A stretch of 64,000 bases of DNA from Candidatus Parcubacteria bacterium (lineage in GTDB: Bacteria; Patescibacteriota; Patescibacteriia; UBA1558; GWA2-36-10). Within the stretch, counting starts at the first letter, position 1. The number at the start of each line of letters is the position of its first letter. Shown in pieces: positions 9,821 through 20,400 of this stretch. The DNA is taken from positions 3,022 through 67,021 of the forward strand of contig JABJNO010000025.1 in the NCBI GenBank assembly GCA_018664825.1, read 5' to 3'. The position numbers were made by a program, and so were the translations under genes. Under the pieces are notes generated by a model that did not search any database, was not told the origin of the DNA, and saw nothing but the letters and a program-made list of their open reading frames with translations.

Positions 9821-12682
9821 ATGGTAAAAAAGACAGATTATAATCCTAACCGCATTGATGCCAAATGGCAAAAATTTTGGGATAAAAATAAAACATATAC
9901 AACTCCTGATAAAAAGGGAGATAATTTTTATGCTTTGGTAGAATTTCCTTATCCTTCTGGTGATGGATTGCATACAGGGCATTTACGTTCTTATACTGCC
10001 CTGGATGTGATATCTAGGAAAAAAAGGATGGAAGGTAAAAATGTTTTGTATCCGATGGGATTTGATGCTTTTGGATTGCCAGCTGAAAATTTTGCTATCA
10101 AGACAAATACAGCTCCCGAAATAACTACAAAAAAAAATATAGCCAATTATATATCTCAGATGAAGAGCGTTGGTTTGAGTTTTGATTGGGACAGAGGCTT
10201 TTCTACCACTGACCCAGATTATTATCGGTGGACTCAATGGATTTTTATCCAAATGTTCAAAAAAGGCCTAGCTTACAAATCAGTAGAAAATATCAATTGG
10301 TGTAATTCATGTAAAATTGGCTTGGCCAATGAAGAAGTTGTTGCTGGAGTTTGTGAGCGTTGCGGGGGAGAGGTGGTCAAAAAAGAAAAAGAACAGTGGA
10401 TGCTCAAGATTACAGAATATGCAGATAGACTGATAGACGGACTTGATAATATAGATTTTCTAGAATCTATCAAAAAACAACAAAAAGATTGGATAGGCAA
10501 GAGCGAGGGAGCGGAGGTTGATTTTAAAATAAAAGATACAAAAGAGACATTAAAAGTATTTACCACGCGTCCTGATACCTTGTTTGGGGCTACTTTTATG
10601 GTACTTGCTCCTGAACATCCGAACGTTCATGCTTTGGAAGGTAAAATTAGCAATTTAGTAGAAGTAAAAAAATATATATCTCATGCCAAGAAAAAGACCG
10701 ATGAAGAACGAGGCGCTGAGGACAAGCCAAAAACTGGCGTTGAGCTAGAAGGTATCAAAGCTATCAATCCAGTCAACAATGAGGAAATTCCTATTTTTGT
10801 AGCTGATTATATTATGATGGGTTATGGCACAGGAGCTATCATGGCTGTACCTGGACATGATCAACGTGATTATGACTTTGCCAAAAAATATAATTTGGAA
10901 ATTCGAGAAGTAATAGAGCCTTTATTTAGCAAGAACGAAGGCAAGGATGCTTTTCGAGAAGATGAAAAGATTATTGAGAGAGATGCAGCTGTCTGTGTAG
11001 TCAAGCACTGGAAAGAAGATAGGTATATTTGTTTGCAGTGGAAAAATGTAGACTGGCATGGACTGATTGTGGGTGGCATCAAAGACGGAGAAGATGCAGT
11101 GGAGGCTGCCAAAAGAGAAATAGAAGAAGAAACTGGTTATGCTAGCGCCAAATTTGTCAAAGAACTTGGTGGTAAAATACATGCTCAGTTTTATCAAACC
11201 TTGAAAAAAGAAAATCGCCGAGCTCATTTTCATGGATTATATTTTGAGCTTGAGGATGACAAAAATGTTGGTATTTCTGAAAAAGAGCAGGCTATCCATG
11301 ATGTAAAATGGATAGATAAGGATCAAGTAGAGAGTTTTCTCAATGTACCAGACATGAAGCTAATGTGGAGAAGACTACATGAGTGCGAAGCTTATAGTGG
11401 AGACGGGATTGCAGTAAATTCTGGAGAGTTTGATGGTCTAGAAACACTTGAGTTCAAACAAAAAATAACAAAATGGCTGGAGAAAAATAAAGTAGGCAAG
11501 TCAGCTACAAATTATAAATTGCATGATTGGATATTTTCTCGTCAGAGATATTGGGGTGAGCCAATTCCAATGATAAAATGTACAGAATGTGGGTGGTTAC
11601 CAGTGCCAGATGATGAGCTACCGGTTACTTTGCCAAAAGTGGATGACTTCAAGCCTGGTGATGACGGAGAGTCTCCGCTGGCCAAGATGATTAGTTGGGT
11701 AAATACCACTTGTCCCAAGTGCGGTAAGTTTGCCAAGCGCGAAACTGACGTCATGCCAAACTGGGCTGGCTCAAATTGGTATTTTATTCGTTTTTGTGAT
11801 CCAAAAAACAGCCAAGAACTTGTAGATAAGGAAAAAGCCGAAATGTGGTTACCGGTTGATTGGTACAACGGCGGCATGGAGCATACTACTTTGCATCTTT
11901 TGTATTCTCGTTTTGTTTTCAAATTTTTATTTGATATTGGTGCAGTTCCAAAGAGTATTGGTGATGAACCATACAAAAAAAGAACAGCCCAAGGTATGAT
12001 TTTGGGTGAAGGTGGTATCAAGATGTCCAAATCAAAAGGCAATGTCATCAACCCAGATGATTATGTAGCAAAGTATGGGGCTGATACTCTGAGGGTATAT
12101 GAGATGTTTATGGGTCCTTTTGATCAATCGATTGCTTGGGACGACAAAGGTGTCAAAGGAGTACATAAATTTTTGAATAAAGCTTGGAGTTTACAATATA
12201 AAGTTGGGAAGTCAGACGTTGATCAAGGTACTCTTCATAAGAGTATCAAAAAGGTTAGCGAAGATATTGATAATATGCGTTTTAATACTGCAATTTCTCA
12301 GCTTATGATTTTATCAAATGAGCTAGATAAACAATCAAGTATCCCGAAAGATATTTTTGAAAAATTCGTTTTGATATTATCTCCATTTGCGCCGCATTTG
12401 GCAGAGGAGCTTTGGAATAGCCTAGGTCACAAAGATAGCTTGGCTCATGAAAAATGGCCTAAATATGATGGAGGTTTGGCCAAAGATGATAGTATTGTGA
12501 TTGGTATCCAGATCAATGGCAAAGTCAGGGACGAGATTGAGCTGCCTACTGATACAGAGCCAAGTAAAGAAATAGAAAAACAGATTTTATCTCAAGACAA
12601 AGTCAAGAAGCATATTGGAGATAAAAAAATTGTAAAATTTATACACATTAAAAATAAAATAATTAGTATCGTAGTAAAATAA
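9821..12682 (+). CDS. leuS: Leucine--tRNA ligase with an inserted Nudix domain
   Basis: FPYPSG-LHTGH (HIGH variant), KMSKS, FTTRPDT and GTGAIMAVPGHDQRD editing motifs, SRQRYWG; start set at ATG 9821 because 9788 lies upstream of the TATAAT at 9803-9808. Confidence 0.97.
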   Translation: MVKKTDYNPNRIDAKWQKFWDKNKTYTTPDKKGDNFYALVEFPYPSGDGLHTGHLRSYTALDVISRKKRMEGKNVLYPMGFDAFGLPAENFAIKTNTAPEITTKKNIANYISQMKSVGLSFDWDRGFSTTDPDYYRWTQWIFIQMFKKGLAYKSVENINWCNSCKIGLANEEVVAGVCERCGGEVVKKEKEQWMLKITEYADRLIDGLDNIDFLESIKKQQKDWIGKSEGAEVDFKIKDTKETLKVFTTRPDTLFGATFMVLAPEHPNVHALEGKISNLVEVKKYISHAKKKTDEERGAEDKPKTGVELEGIKAINPVNNEEIPIFVADYIMMGYGTGAIMAVPGHDQRDYDFAKKYNLEIREVIEPLFSKNEGKDAFREDEKIIERDAAVCVVKHWKEDRYICLQWKNVDWHGLIVGGIKDGEDAVEAAKREIEEETGYASAKFVKELGGKIHAQFYQTLKKENRRAHFHGLYFELEDDKNVGISEKEQAIHDVKWIDKDQVESFLNVPDMKLMWRRLHECEAYSGDGIAVNSGEFDGLETLEFKQKITKWLEKNKVGKSATNYKLHDWIFSRQRYWGEPIPMIKCTECGWLPVPDDELPVTLPKVDDFKPGDDGESPLAKMISWVNTTCPKCGKFAKRETDVMPNWAGSNWYFIRFCDPKNSQELVDKEKAEMWLPVDWYNGGMEHTTLHLLYSRFVFKFLFDIGAVPKSIGDEPYKKRTAQGMILGEGGIKMSKSKGNVINPDDYVAKYGADTLRVYEMFMGPFDQSIAWDDKGVKGVHKFLNKAWSLQYKVGKSDVDQGTLHKSIKKVSEDIDNMRFNTAISQLMILSNELDKQSSIPKDIFEKFVLILSPFAPHLAEELWNSLGHKDSLAHEKWPKYDGGLAKDDSIVIGIQINGKVRDEIELPTDTEPSKEIEKQILSQDKVKKHIGDKKIVKFIHIKNKIISIVVK

Positions 12683-12691
12683 AAACAAAAA

Positions 12692-13849
12692 ATGCCCCTA
12701 ATTGATGATTATAAAAAAATAGGTTTTTCCAAAGGACTAATTTCTTTGTGGTTTGGAAAAATGTTTTTAGATTTTGGTGGTAATATTTTTGCTCTATTTT
12801 TCCCTATCCTATTGTATACTCATTTTGAGAGCTACAATTTGATGATTGCCTATTTTGTATTGGGGTCAATTTTTTATTTTTTTGCAGCTCCTCTGGGAGC
12901 CAAAGCAATGAATGTCATTGGTATCAAAAAGAGTATTTTGATTTCCAATATTTTCCGGATTCCTTATTTTTTGGCTATATACAAGTTTCCAGAAGAACCT
13001 TTGTTGTATGCTGCTATAGCTGTTGTTTCGGTCACATTTATGCGCAGCTCTTTCTGGCTACCCTTTCAGACGGATAGTGCCAAATTTTCTAGCAAAAAGA
13101 ATAGAGGCAAACAGTTCAGCGTTATATTTTCTATTTCCTCAGCCTTGGCGATTGTAGCACCGATAATAGGTGGATTTATTTTGGACACTTGGGACTTTGG
13201 AGTTTTAGCTATAGTCTCTCTGTGTGTTAGCTTGCTATCAACAATTCCGTTTTATTTTTTACCAGAAACCAAAGAAGAGGTTTCTTGGAGTTATCGAGAG
13301 ACGTTTAAATATTTTTTTCATCCTTTCAATCGACGCATGGTAGTGGCCTATATGTCTGATGGGGCAGTAGGGGTGATCGGTGGTGTATTTTGGCCATTAT
13401 TTATTTTTTCTATCTTTGATGAAAAGTTCAAAGCCCTAGGTCTAGTGTCAGGTGGAATTTTGTTGGTTGGTATGGTTTTACGTTTGGTGATGGGTGGTTT
13501 ACTTGATAAGTTCAAAAAAGTAAAACTGGTAAAAATTGGTACTTTTTTGAGTTCAACTGCCTGGTTATTGAAAGCTGCCGTAGTGACAACTTTTCATGTT
13601 TTTGCAGTTTCTATTTATCATACCTTGGCTATGATAGTTTTGCGGACATCTTTGGATACCCTAGTGTATGAAAAAGCGGCTGATAGAGGACATTATATTG
13701 ATGAATATACCCTAATCAAAGAAATGTCTATCCATCTGGGTAGGGTATTGATATTGTTGTTGATTGCTGGGTTACTAATATTTTTACCGATGCAAGCAAC
13801 GTTTATTTTGGCTTCAGTAGCTACATTATTTATTATCTTACTTAAATAA
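12692..13849 (+). CDS. MFS transporter
   Basis: About 12 TM segments, G..LDKF motif-A-like, RGK..S..IVAPIIGG. Confidence 0.8.
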   Translation: MPLIDDYKKIGFSKGLISLWFGKMFLDFGGNIFALFFPILLYTHFESYNLMIAYFVLGSIFYFFAAPLGAKAMNVIGIKKSILISNIFRIPYFLAIYKFPEEPLLYAAIAVVSVTFMRSSFWLPFQTDSAKFSSKKNRGKQFSVIFSISSALAIVAPIIGGFILDTWDFGVLAIVSLCVSLLSTIPFYFLPETKEEVSWSYRETFKYFFHPFNRRMVVAYMSDGAVGVIGGVFWPLFIFSIFDEKFKALGLVSGGILLVGMVLRLVMGGLLDKFKKVKLVKIGTFLSSTAWLLKAAVVTTFHVFAVSIYHTLAMIVLRTSLDTLVYEKAADRGHYIDEYTLIKEMSIHLGRVLILLLIAGLLIFLPMQATFILASVATLFIILLK

Positions 13850-13851
13850 GA

Positions 13852-14460
13852 ATGGAAGAAATCAGATTGACTAGAGAGAATCGAGTAATTACTTTGCAGA
13901 AAGCTCTGGATGTTTTGAGAGGAGGAGGATTGGTTGTTTATCCTACAGAAACTTCATATGGCTTGGGTTGTGATTTTTACAACAAAAAAGCTATAGAAAA
14001 AATTTACAAAGTAAAAGAGCGTGAGGCTGGTAAGCCTCTTTCTGTGATAGTGCCAGATTTTGTTTACGCTACTTCATTGGTTGATTTTTCAGATGCAGCT
14101 AGAAGATTGGCTATGGAAAATTGGCCAGGACCACTGACACTGGTATTGCCTTTCAAATATTCTGATTGGCAAGGACATAGTGATAAGTATTTGGCCTTGC
14201 GTGTATCGAATCATCCTTTGGCCGGAGACCTGTCTATAAATTTTGGCAATCCGATAGTAGCGACGAGCGCCAATATTTCTCAAAAAGGTGATAGTTATGA
14301 TCCTTATTTTATAGTAGATCAGTTCAAGCAACAAAAATTAAAACCAGACCTGCTCATCAATGTGGGTGAATTGCCAAAAAAACTTCCTTCTACTATCATA
14401 AAAGTAGATGGAGATGATGTAGAAATTTTGCGACAGGGTGGATTGGAAATAAAAATATAA
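13852..14460 (+). CDS. tsaC: L-threonylcarbamoyladenylate synthase (TsaC/Sua5/YrdC)
   Basis: YPTETSYGLG, KxR..KPL, WPGPLTLV, TSANIS. Confidence 0.93.
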   Translation: MEEIRLTRENRVITLQKALDVLRGGGLVVYPTETSYGLGCDFYNKKAIEKIYKVKEREAGKPLSVIVPDFVYATSLVDFSDAARRLAMENWPGPLTLVLPFKYSDWQGHSDKYLALRVSNHPLAGDLSINFGNPIVATSANISQKGDSYDPYFIVDQFKQQKLKPDLLINVGELPKKLPSTIIKVDGDDVEILRQGGLEIKI

Positions 14461-14472
14461 AAAAATAAAAAT

Positions 14473-15648
14473 ATGCTTCATTTTATTAAAAGTTTTTTGC
14501 CACATAGCATGAAACGTCAGGTTAAAGAGCTCTTTGTCTCTACCACTTTAGTCAACTTTGCTTTGGCTATGGTAATAATTTTTGAGCCGATTTATTTGTA
14601 CAAGATAGGTTACAATCTGCAACATATCATGCTTTTTTACTTGATTGTTTATCTTGTTTATTTTTTTATTATACCTTTTGGTGGAAAGTTTTCTCGAAAA
14701 TTTGGCTATGAGATAGGCCTCTTGGTAGGTACATTTTTGTATATAGCTTTTTATGTGGGGTTGTTTTTTATAGATCAGTTTCCGATGTTATTTTATATAG
14801 TACCACTTGTATATGCCCTACAAAAGACTTTTTATTGGCCAGCTTTTCATGCTGATTTTGCCCATTTTGCTGACAAAAAAGAAGAGGGCAGAGAAATTAG
14901 TGCTATGAACGCAGCTTCTTCGTTGGTTTATATCATTGGGCCTGTTTTGGCTGGTTTTATCATATCTCAATGGGGTTATGGAGCCTTGTTTACAGTTGCT
15001 TCTATTATATTTTTAGCTTCCAATATCCCTACTCTTATTACCAAAGAAAAGTTTAATCCAACTTATTTTTCTTATCGTCAATCCTATAAAAATTTGATAA
15101 AAAAAGAAAATCGTCAAAGTTTGTTTGCTTATGTAGGCTTTGGTGAAGAGCTGGTGGTGATGGTTGTTTGGCCAGTATTTATATCTATTGTGATTGCTGA
15201 TGTGTTCAATTTGGGCTTGGTAGTCACATTAGCCACTCTGATTACCACTGTGGTCACCCTGTATGTAGGCAAGCTTAGTGACTCAAAAGATAAAAGAAGT
15301 ATTTTGTCTTGGGGTAGCTATATTTATTCACTGGGTTGGTTTATTAGAATATTTATTGGCAGTACTGTTGGTGTATTTTTTGTAGATACTTTATCTCGTT
15401 TTGGTAAAAATATTATTTCTATTCCACTTATTGCCCTGACCTATGAAAAGGCCAAGGATGTAGAAGAGGGTAAGAAAAAATCAATTATGAGTAGGATCAT
15501 GTTTTTTGAGATGAGCCTAGTAGCTGGAAAATTATTAACTATTATAGTTATTTATTTAGCCTTATTCTTTATTGGAGACGAAATATTAGCTTTCAAAACT
15601 ACATTTATTTTGGCTGGTGGTATGACTTTGCTTTATATACTTTTATAA
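14473..15648 (+). CDS. MFS transporter, paralog of 12692
   Basis: About 12 TM segments, GKLSD motif; shares FW/YW-P, WP.F and YEKA motifs with 12692. Confidence 0.8.
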   Translation: MLHFIKSFLPHSMKRQVKELFVSTTLVNFALAMVIIFEPIYLYKIGYNLQHIMLFYLIVYLVYFFIIPFGGKFSRKFGYEIGLLVGTFLYIAFYVGLFFIDQFPMLFYIVPLVYALQKTFYWPAFHADFAHFADKKEEGREISAMNAASSLVYIIGPVLAGFIISQWGYGALFTVASIIFLASNIPTLITKEKFNPTYFSYRQSYKNLIKKENRQSLFAYVGFGEELVVMVVWPVFISIVIADVFNLGLVVTLATLITTVVTLYVGKLSDSKDKRSILSWGSYIYSLGWFIRIFIGSTVGVFFVDTLSRFGKNIISIPLIALTYEKAKDVEEGKKKSIMSRIMFFEMSLVAGKLLTIIVIYLALFFIGDEILAFKTTFILAGGMTLLYILL

Positions 15649-15649
15649 T

Positions 15650-16483
15650 ATGACAAAAGACGAACTACAATTTTTATTAAAAAAATACAATTTGACCCCA
15701 AACAAGATCAGGGGGCAGAATTTTTTGGTTTCAGATGAGGTTTTGGACGATATTATAGTGGGTTCACAAGTTAACGATACGGATTTGGTGATAGAAGTCG
15801 GCGCTGGTTTAGGGGCTTTGACCCAAAAATTGACAGAAAATGCTGAACAAGTAGTATCTTTGGAAATAGACAAGAATTTGGCTAGACCTCTAGAAAAAAT
15901 AGTAAATCTGACAGATAATTTGGAGATAATCTGGCAAGACATTTTATCTTTTAGCGAGGGGCAGGTAGCTGATGTGTTGTCTAAGTATAAAAAAAGTAAA
16001 TATAAAATAATTGCCAATATACCATATTATCTTACGGGCAAGTTTATCCAAAAATTTTTGACTATAAAATATAAACCAAGCAACATGACCCTGATGGTCC
16101 AAAAAGAAGTGGCCGAAAGGATCATAGTGGGGGATGGTAAACATAGTAAGCTATCTTTGTCAGTGGCTCTATATGCTGAGTCTAAGATAGTAAGAATCGT
16201 AGAAAAAAATAATTTTTATCCTGCTCCAAAAATTGATTCGGCTATAATCCAGATAGATAATATAAAAAATTGGGACTACGATGTTGAAGAAAAAAAAGTT
16301 TGGCAATTGATAAAATTGGGCTTTGCTAGTAAGCGTAAAAAACTGATCAATAATTTGGCAAATGAAAAAAGTTTTGATAAGGATAAATTGAAAAAAGTTT
16401 TCGAAAAATTGGACTTGGACGAGACCATTCGAGCAGAAAAAATTACTGTAGAAAATTGGCTAAAATTGGCTAAAAATTTGTAA
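15650..16483 (+). CDS. rsmA: 16S rRNA m6,2A dimethyltransferase KsgA/RsmA
   Basis: GQNFL, EVGAGLG, ANIPYY, MVQKEVAER, FYPAPKIDS. Confidence 0.96.
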   Translation: MTKDELQFLLKKYNLTPNKIRGQNFLVSDEVLDDIIVGSQVNDTDLVIEVGAGLGALTQKLTENAEQVVSLEIDKNLARPLEKIVNLTDNLEIIWQDILSFSEGQVADVLSKYKKSKYKIIANIPYYLTGKFIQKFLTIKYKPSNMTLMVQKEVAERIIVGDGKHSKLSLSVALYAESKIVRIVEKNNFYPAPKIDSAIIQIDNIKNWDYDVEEKKVWQLIKLGFASKRKKLINNLANEKSFDKDKLKKVFEKLDLDETIRAEKITVENWLKLAKNL

Positions 16484-16614
16484 AAATAAGGGATCTTCAA
16501 AAACAACTTTATTAGAAGTTGTTTTATTTTTTAAAAAAAAGTTGGAGTTACTAAAAAGTCCTTTGGAAATTTGAGAAATTTATGTTATAATAAACATAAT
16601 TCAAAAGTTAATTA

Positions 16615-17403
16615 ATGGCAAAGAAAAATTTTAAAATTCAGGACTATCATAACTCTGAAGATGATCCAAAAGAATCAGCTGATTTTTTGCAACGAGCAAA
16701 TTTGGTAAAACAAAGTGATAGTCACAACCACAAGGTTATTTGGCCTTTTTTAATTTTAAGTATTTTTTTGGTTGCCTTTGGTTTTAGATTTATGTATGGC
16801 AATATCACTGATTCAGTTTCTTATGATGTGCCAGAGTGGGTAGAAGAAGAATTTGCACAAGAAACCGATGCGGAATTAATTGCTAAAATGCAAAAAGATG
16901 ACACAGACGAAGATGGTCTGAGTGATTATCAGGAGCTATATCAATATCATACCAGTATGTTTTTGGCGGATACAGATAGTGATGGCTATACAGATTATGA
17001 AGAGGTCACTTCTGGCAATGACCCGGCATGTCCAAGTGGACAAAGTTGTAATTTGCTCAAATTGATTACTCCTAAGTCAAAAATTAGTGAAGTGATTGAG
17101 GGTGTGGTTGATAATGATGATTTATCTATTGAAGATGCTGCCTTGGCAGAGTTCAAGAAATTTTTGTTGGACAATGGCATGACCCAAGAAGAGCTAGATA
17201 CCTTAACTGATCAAGAACTATTGGTAATCTTGGTAGAAGTGGGTAATCCAGAGGGTGTACCGATGGATATTTTGAGCAGTGAAACAACTCCTGAACAAGT
17301 CAGGAATTTTTTACTTAGTCAGCCAGATGCTGATGAAGAAGAGATAAATAGTCTCACAGACGAAGAATTAGCAGAGATCAAGGAAATTTTATTAACTCCA
17401 TAA
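16615..17403 (+). CDS. Membrane-anchored acidic protein with DxDxDG Ca-binding repeats
   Basis: Single TM; DTDEDGLSD..DTDSDGYTDYEEV..GNDP; C-terminal LTDQEL/LTDEEL repeats. Confidence 0.75.
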   Translation: MAKKNFKIQDYHNSEDDPKESADFLQRANLVKQSDSHNHKVIWPFLILSIFLVAFGFRFMYGNITDSVSYDVPEWVEEEFAQETDAELIAKMQKDDTDEDGLSDYQELYQYHTSMFLADTDSDGYTDYEEVTSGNDPACPSGQSCNLLKLITPKSKISEVIEGVVDNDDLSIEDAALAEFKKFLLDNGMTQEELDTLTDQELLVILVEVGNPEGVPMDILSSETTPEQVRNFLLSQPDADEEEINSLTDEELAEIKEILLTP

Positions 17404-17430
17404 TTTTTAAAATAAAACTAACATAAAAGC

Positions 17431-20400
17431 ATGAAAAGCTACAAAAAAATTCTCTTATTAATTATAGCTATTTTACTAGCTGTTACCCTCATTTTCCCAA
17501 GATTGACCAGAAGTCAATTTGCTACCGTCGATCAACCTTCAACGTTGGGAAACATTTGGAACAAAGTAGAAACGGCTTATGACAAAATTCAGGGTATAGT
17601 TGGGGCTGAACTAGCAAACCGTACTTTTGAAATGTTTTTCAATAGTCTAGCTTATGATGTGGCCACCGAGCTAGCCGAAGGTGGAGCGGGCGGCAAACCT
17701 CAGTTTCGGACAAAGACCATAGGTGAGTATATGGGTAACGCTGGCGGAGCAGCTGTCGGTGAGTTTATTGGTACTCTAAGTGAACAAGCTTTTGAAGATT
17801 TGCGTGTAAATCTCTGTAGTCCAAATGCACTTTCAGTAAAACTTACCTTGTCACTTTCATTGATAGACGAAGAAGCTCCTCCGAAACCGGCTTGTGATTG
17901 GCGTAGGATTCAAAGAGATTGGGGTGATTTTGCTGATAACTTATCTGCTGATTTGATAAAATTCCAGCTTGACCCAAAGAGGGGGGCTACTAGTACTAGG
18001 GCATTTTTCCAGAGTTTTACTATGGAGCAAAGTGATTATGGTGCTTATGCTATATTATTTCAAAAAAAAGAAGAGAAAAAAGAAGAAGCTATAGACGCCA
18101 GTAAGCTTAGTGCCGAAGAGTGTCAGGGGTATCTTGATAAAGCAACTCCAATTACAGATGAGGTAATTACACATTGTTCAGTCACCCAGAGCATGAGTAC
18201 TATGCAATGGTTTATGTCTTGGTCTGCTCAATCTCAAAAACAATGGGAGAAAAAAAATGCAGCTACTAGCAAGAAGTTGGGTACCATCCTAAAAGATGCT
18301 GCTGGTAAATTTTATAGTACTTTTACTTCAAAATTGATGAACAACTGGATCAAAAAAGGAATGTGGTCCTTGTATGATTTATTTGATGGCAATGGTGGTG
18401 GAAAATACAGAAAGGGTTTGATAGAAGCTTTGCGTGGTGATTCTAATATTCGTCAGCCTCGTAATGCTGATATTTTCAAGGAGTTCAAAAAAATAGAGAT
18501 AGTAAAATTGGACGATTATAGTTTTATGGATGATTTCTCTATTTGTCCACCAGAAAAAGATCTAAGAAAACCAGACAACTGCGTGATTGGTACAGATTTT
18601 GTCCAAGCTATTAATTCCAAAAAAACACTGAACGAAGCAATTGCAGAGGGTCTAATAGATCCAAAAACACCCTTGATTAGTCCAGAGGATTTGAATAAAA
18701 ACACTAGCGATAATTGTTATAAAGATAGTTTGTGCTATAAAGATTTGATTAAACTAAGGAAAACCAATGTCATACCAATTGGTTGGGAGATAGCAGCTCA
18801 AAGAAGTTCAGTAGCTTCTCCGGTAAGTTTGGCAGAGGCTATAGAGTGTTTTGAGGATGCTCCAAACTCAAATTGTATTCATGACACAACAGCGGTTTAT
18901 GATATAAATGGAGTTCCGCATAATCCTTTTTATCATTTAGTGGATGGTGATTGGGTGCTCAAAGCTCCAAAATCAAGTTGTGAGGCTTTGGTTTATGCAC
19001 CAGTCTTGGAATCATCACAAAGTACCAACCGTCAACAGTATTGTGCTGATATGACGGTCTGTCTACGTGAAGATGAAAATGGAAATTGTCTTGATGGACA
19101 ATATGGATATTGTACTAAATCAGAGAATATTTGGCGTTTCCGTGGGGATATGTGTGATGATGGTGATATATACAATGGTTGCCTAACTTTTGAAAGTAAT
19201 TATGTAGATGATCCGGGCTCATTTATAGAGAGTAGTTTGGAATATTGTAGTGCTGATCAAGCTGGGTGTAAGCGTTATTCCCAGGAAGTAACAAATAGCG
19301 GAGAATGGTCACTGGGAGTCATATATGTAGATCCAAATGATTTATATTTAAATAGAAGAGAGGAGTCTTGCAACGAAGAGTTTGCAGGTTGTTCTGAATA
19401 TATAGTTTTGGCTCCAAATAGAGGGGTCAATCTTGTGGCAAATGCTGGTTTTAATAATATGGATGGTGATTCGGATGTACCCTTTCCAGATGGTAGGCCA
19501 GATGGTTGGATTGATTTGGCTACTGGCGAAGATAGTGATGGTGTAGAGTATGATGGTGATAGAATAGCCAATGGATATCCGTGGGGAGGCTCGCCTCATG
19601 CGGGTACAGAAAGTCTTTATCAAACAATACCTCTTGTAGAAAATACTACTTATAGGATTTCAGCTTCTGCTGGTAGATATAATAACGCGGTAGCTTCATC
19701 AGGAAGGATATCGATATTATTGTGTGATGTTACGGGTAACTGTGCCAATAATAGTTTGGCAAAGCCTTTGGCAGATGGCGGAGATTGTACTATACCAAAT
19801 CCAGGAGACAACAACCCTAATCTAACTATTTTCCCACCTGCTAGCGGGGAAATGGAGAGGGCAAGTTGTTCTTTTACTACCAATAGTGCAGAAATCGGAG
19901 AAGCACAGTTGTATGTTGTGTCAAACGGTTCAAATGCTAGTTGGTTTGATAATATTAAAGTAGAAGTTGTTGGTGGTCCTGAGATGGCAGCTAGCTCTTA
20001 TACAGAATACGGTGTTGGTGGGGTAGTATATATGAGCGGTAGCACTTTTATGTGTGAACGAGAAGAAGTGGGTTGTCAAGGCTATACTCCTGTTAACGGA
20101 GGCCCTATGGTACCTGGTACTATTTCTGAAGGAGATTTATGTCCTAATGAATGCGTGGGTTATTCTACTTTTGCTCAGCAACCAAATATATATGATATTA
20201 TGGAAGATCCAGCTTCAAATCCACCAGTAGAGTATTATAATTTTATTCCAGATACTGCCAATAGTTGTCCAGATTCAGAAATTGGCTGTGAAGAATTTAC
20301 AAATCTTGATGAAGTAGCTCAGGGCGGTGAAGGAAGAGAGTATTATAGTTTCTTGCGTCAATGTGTAGAGCAGGACTTGGCTGCTACATTTTTTACCTGG

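Noticed and set aside
10920-11390. Intein in leuS
   Set aside because: No N-terminal Cys/Ser block or C-terminal His-Asn; the insert is a Nudix domain
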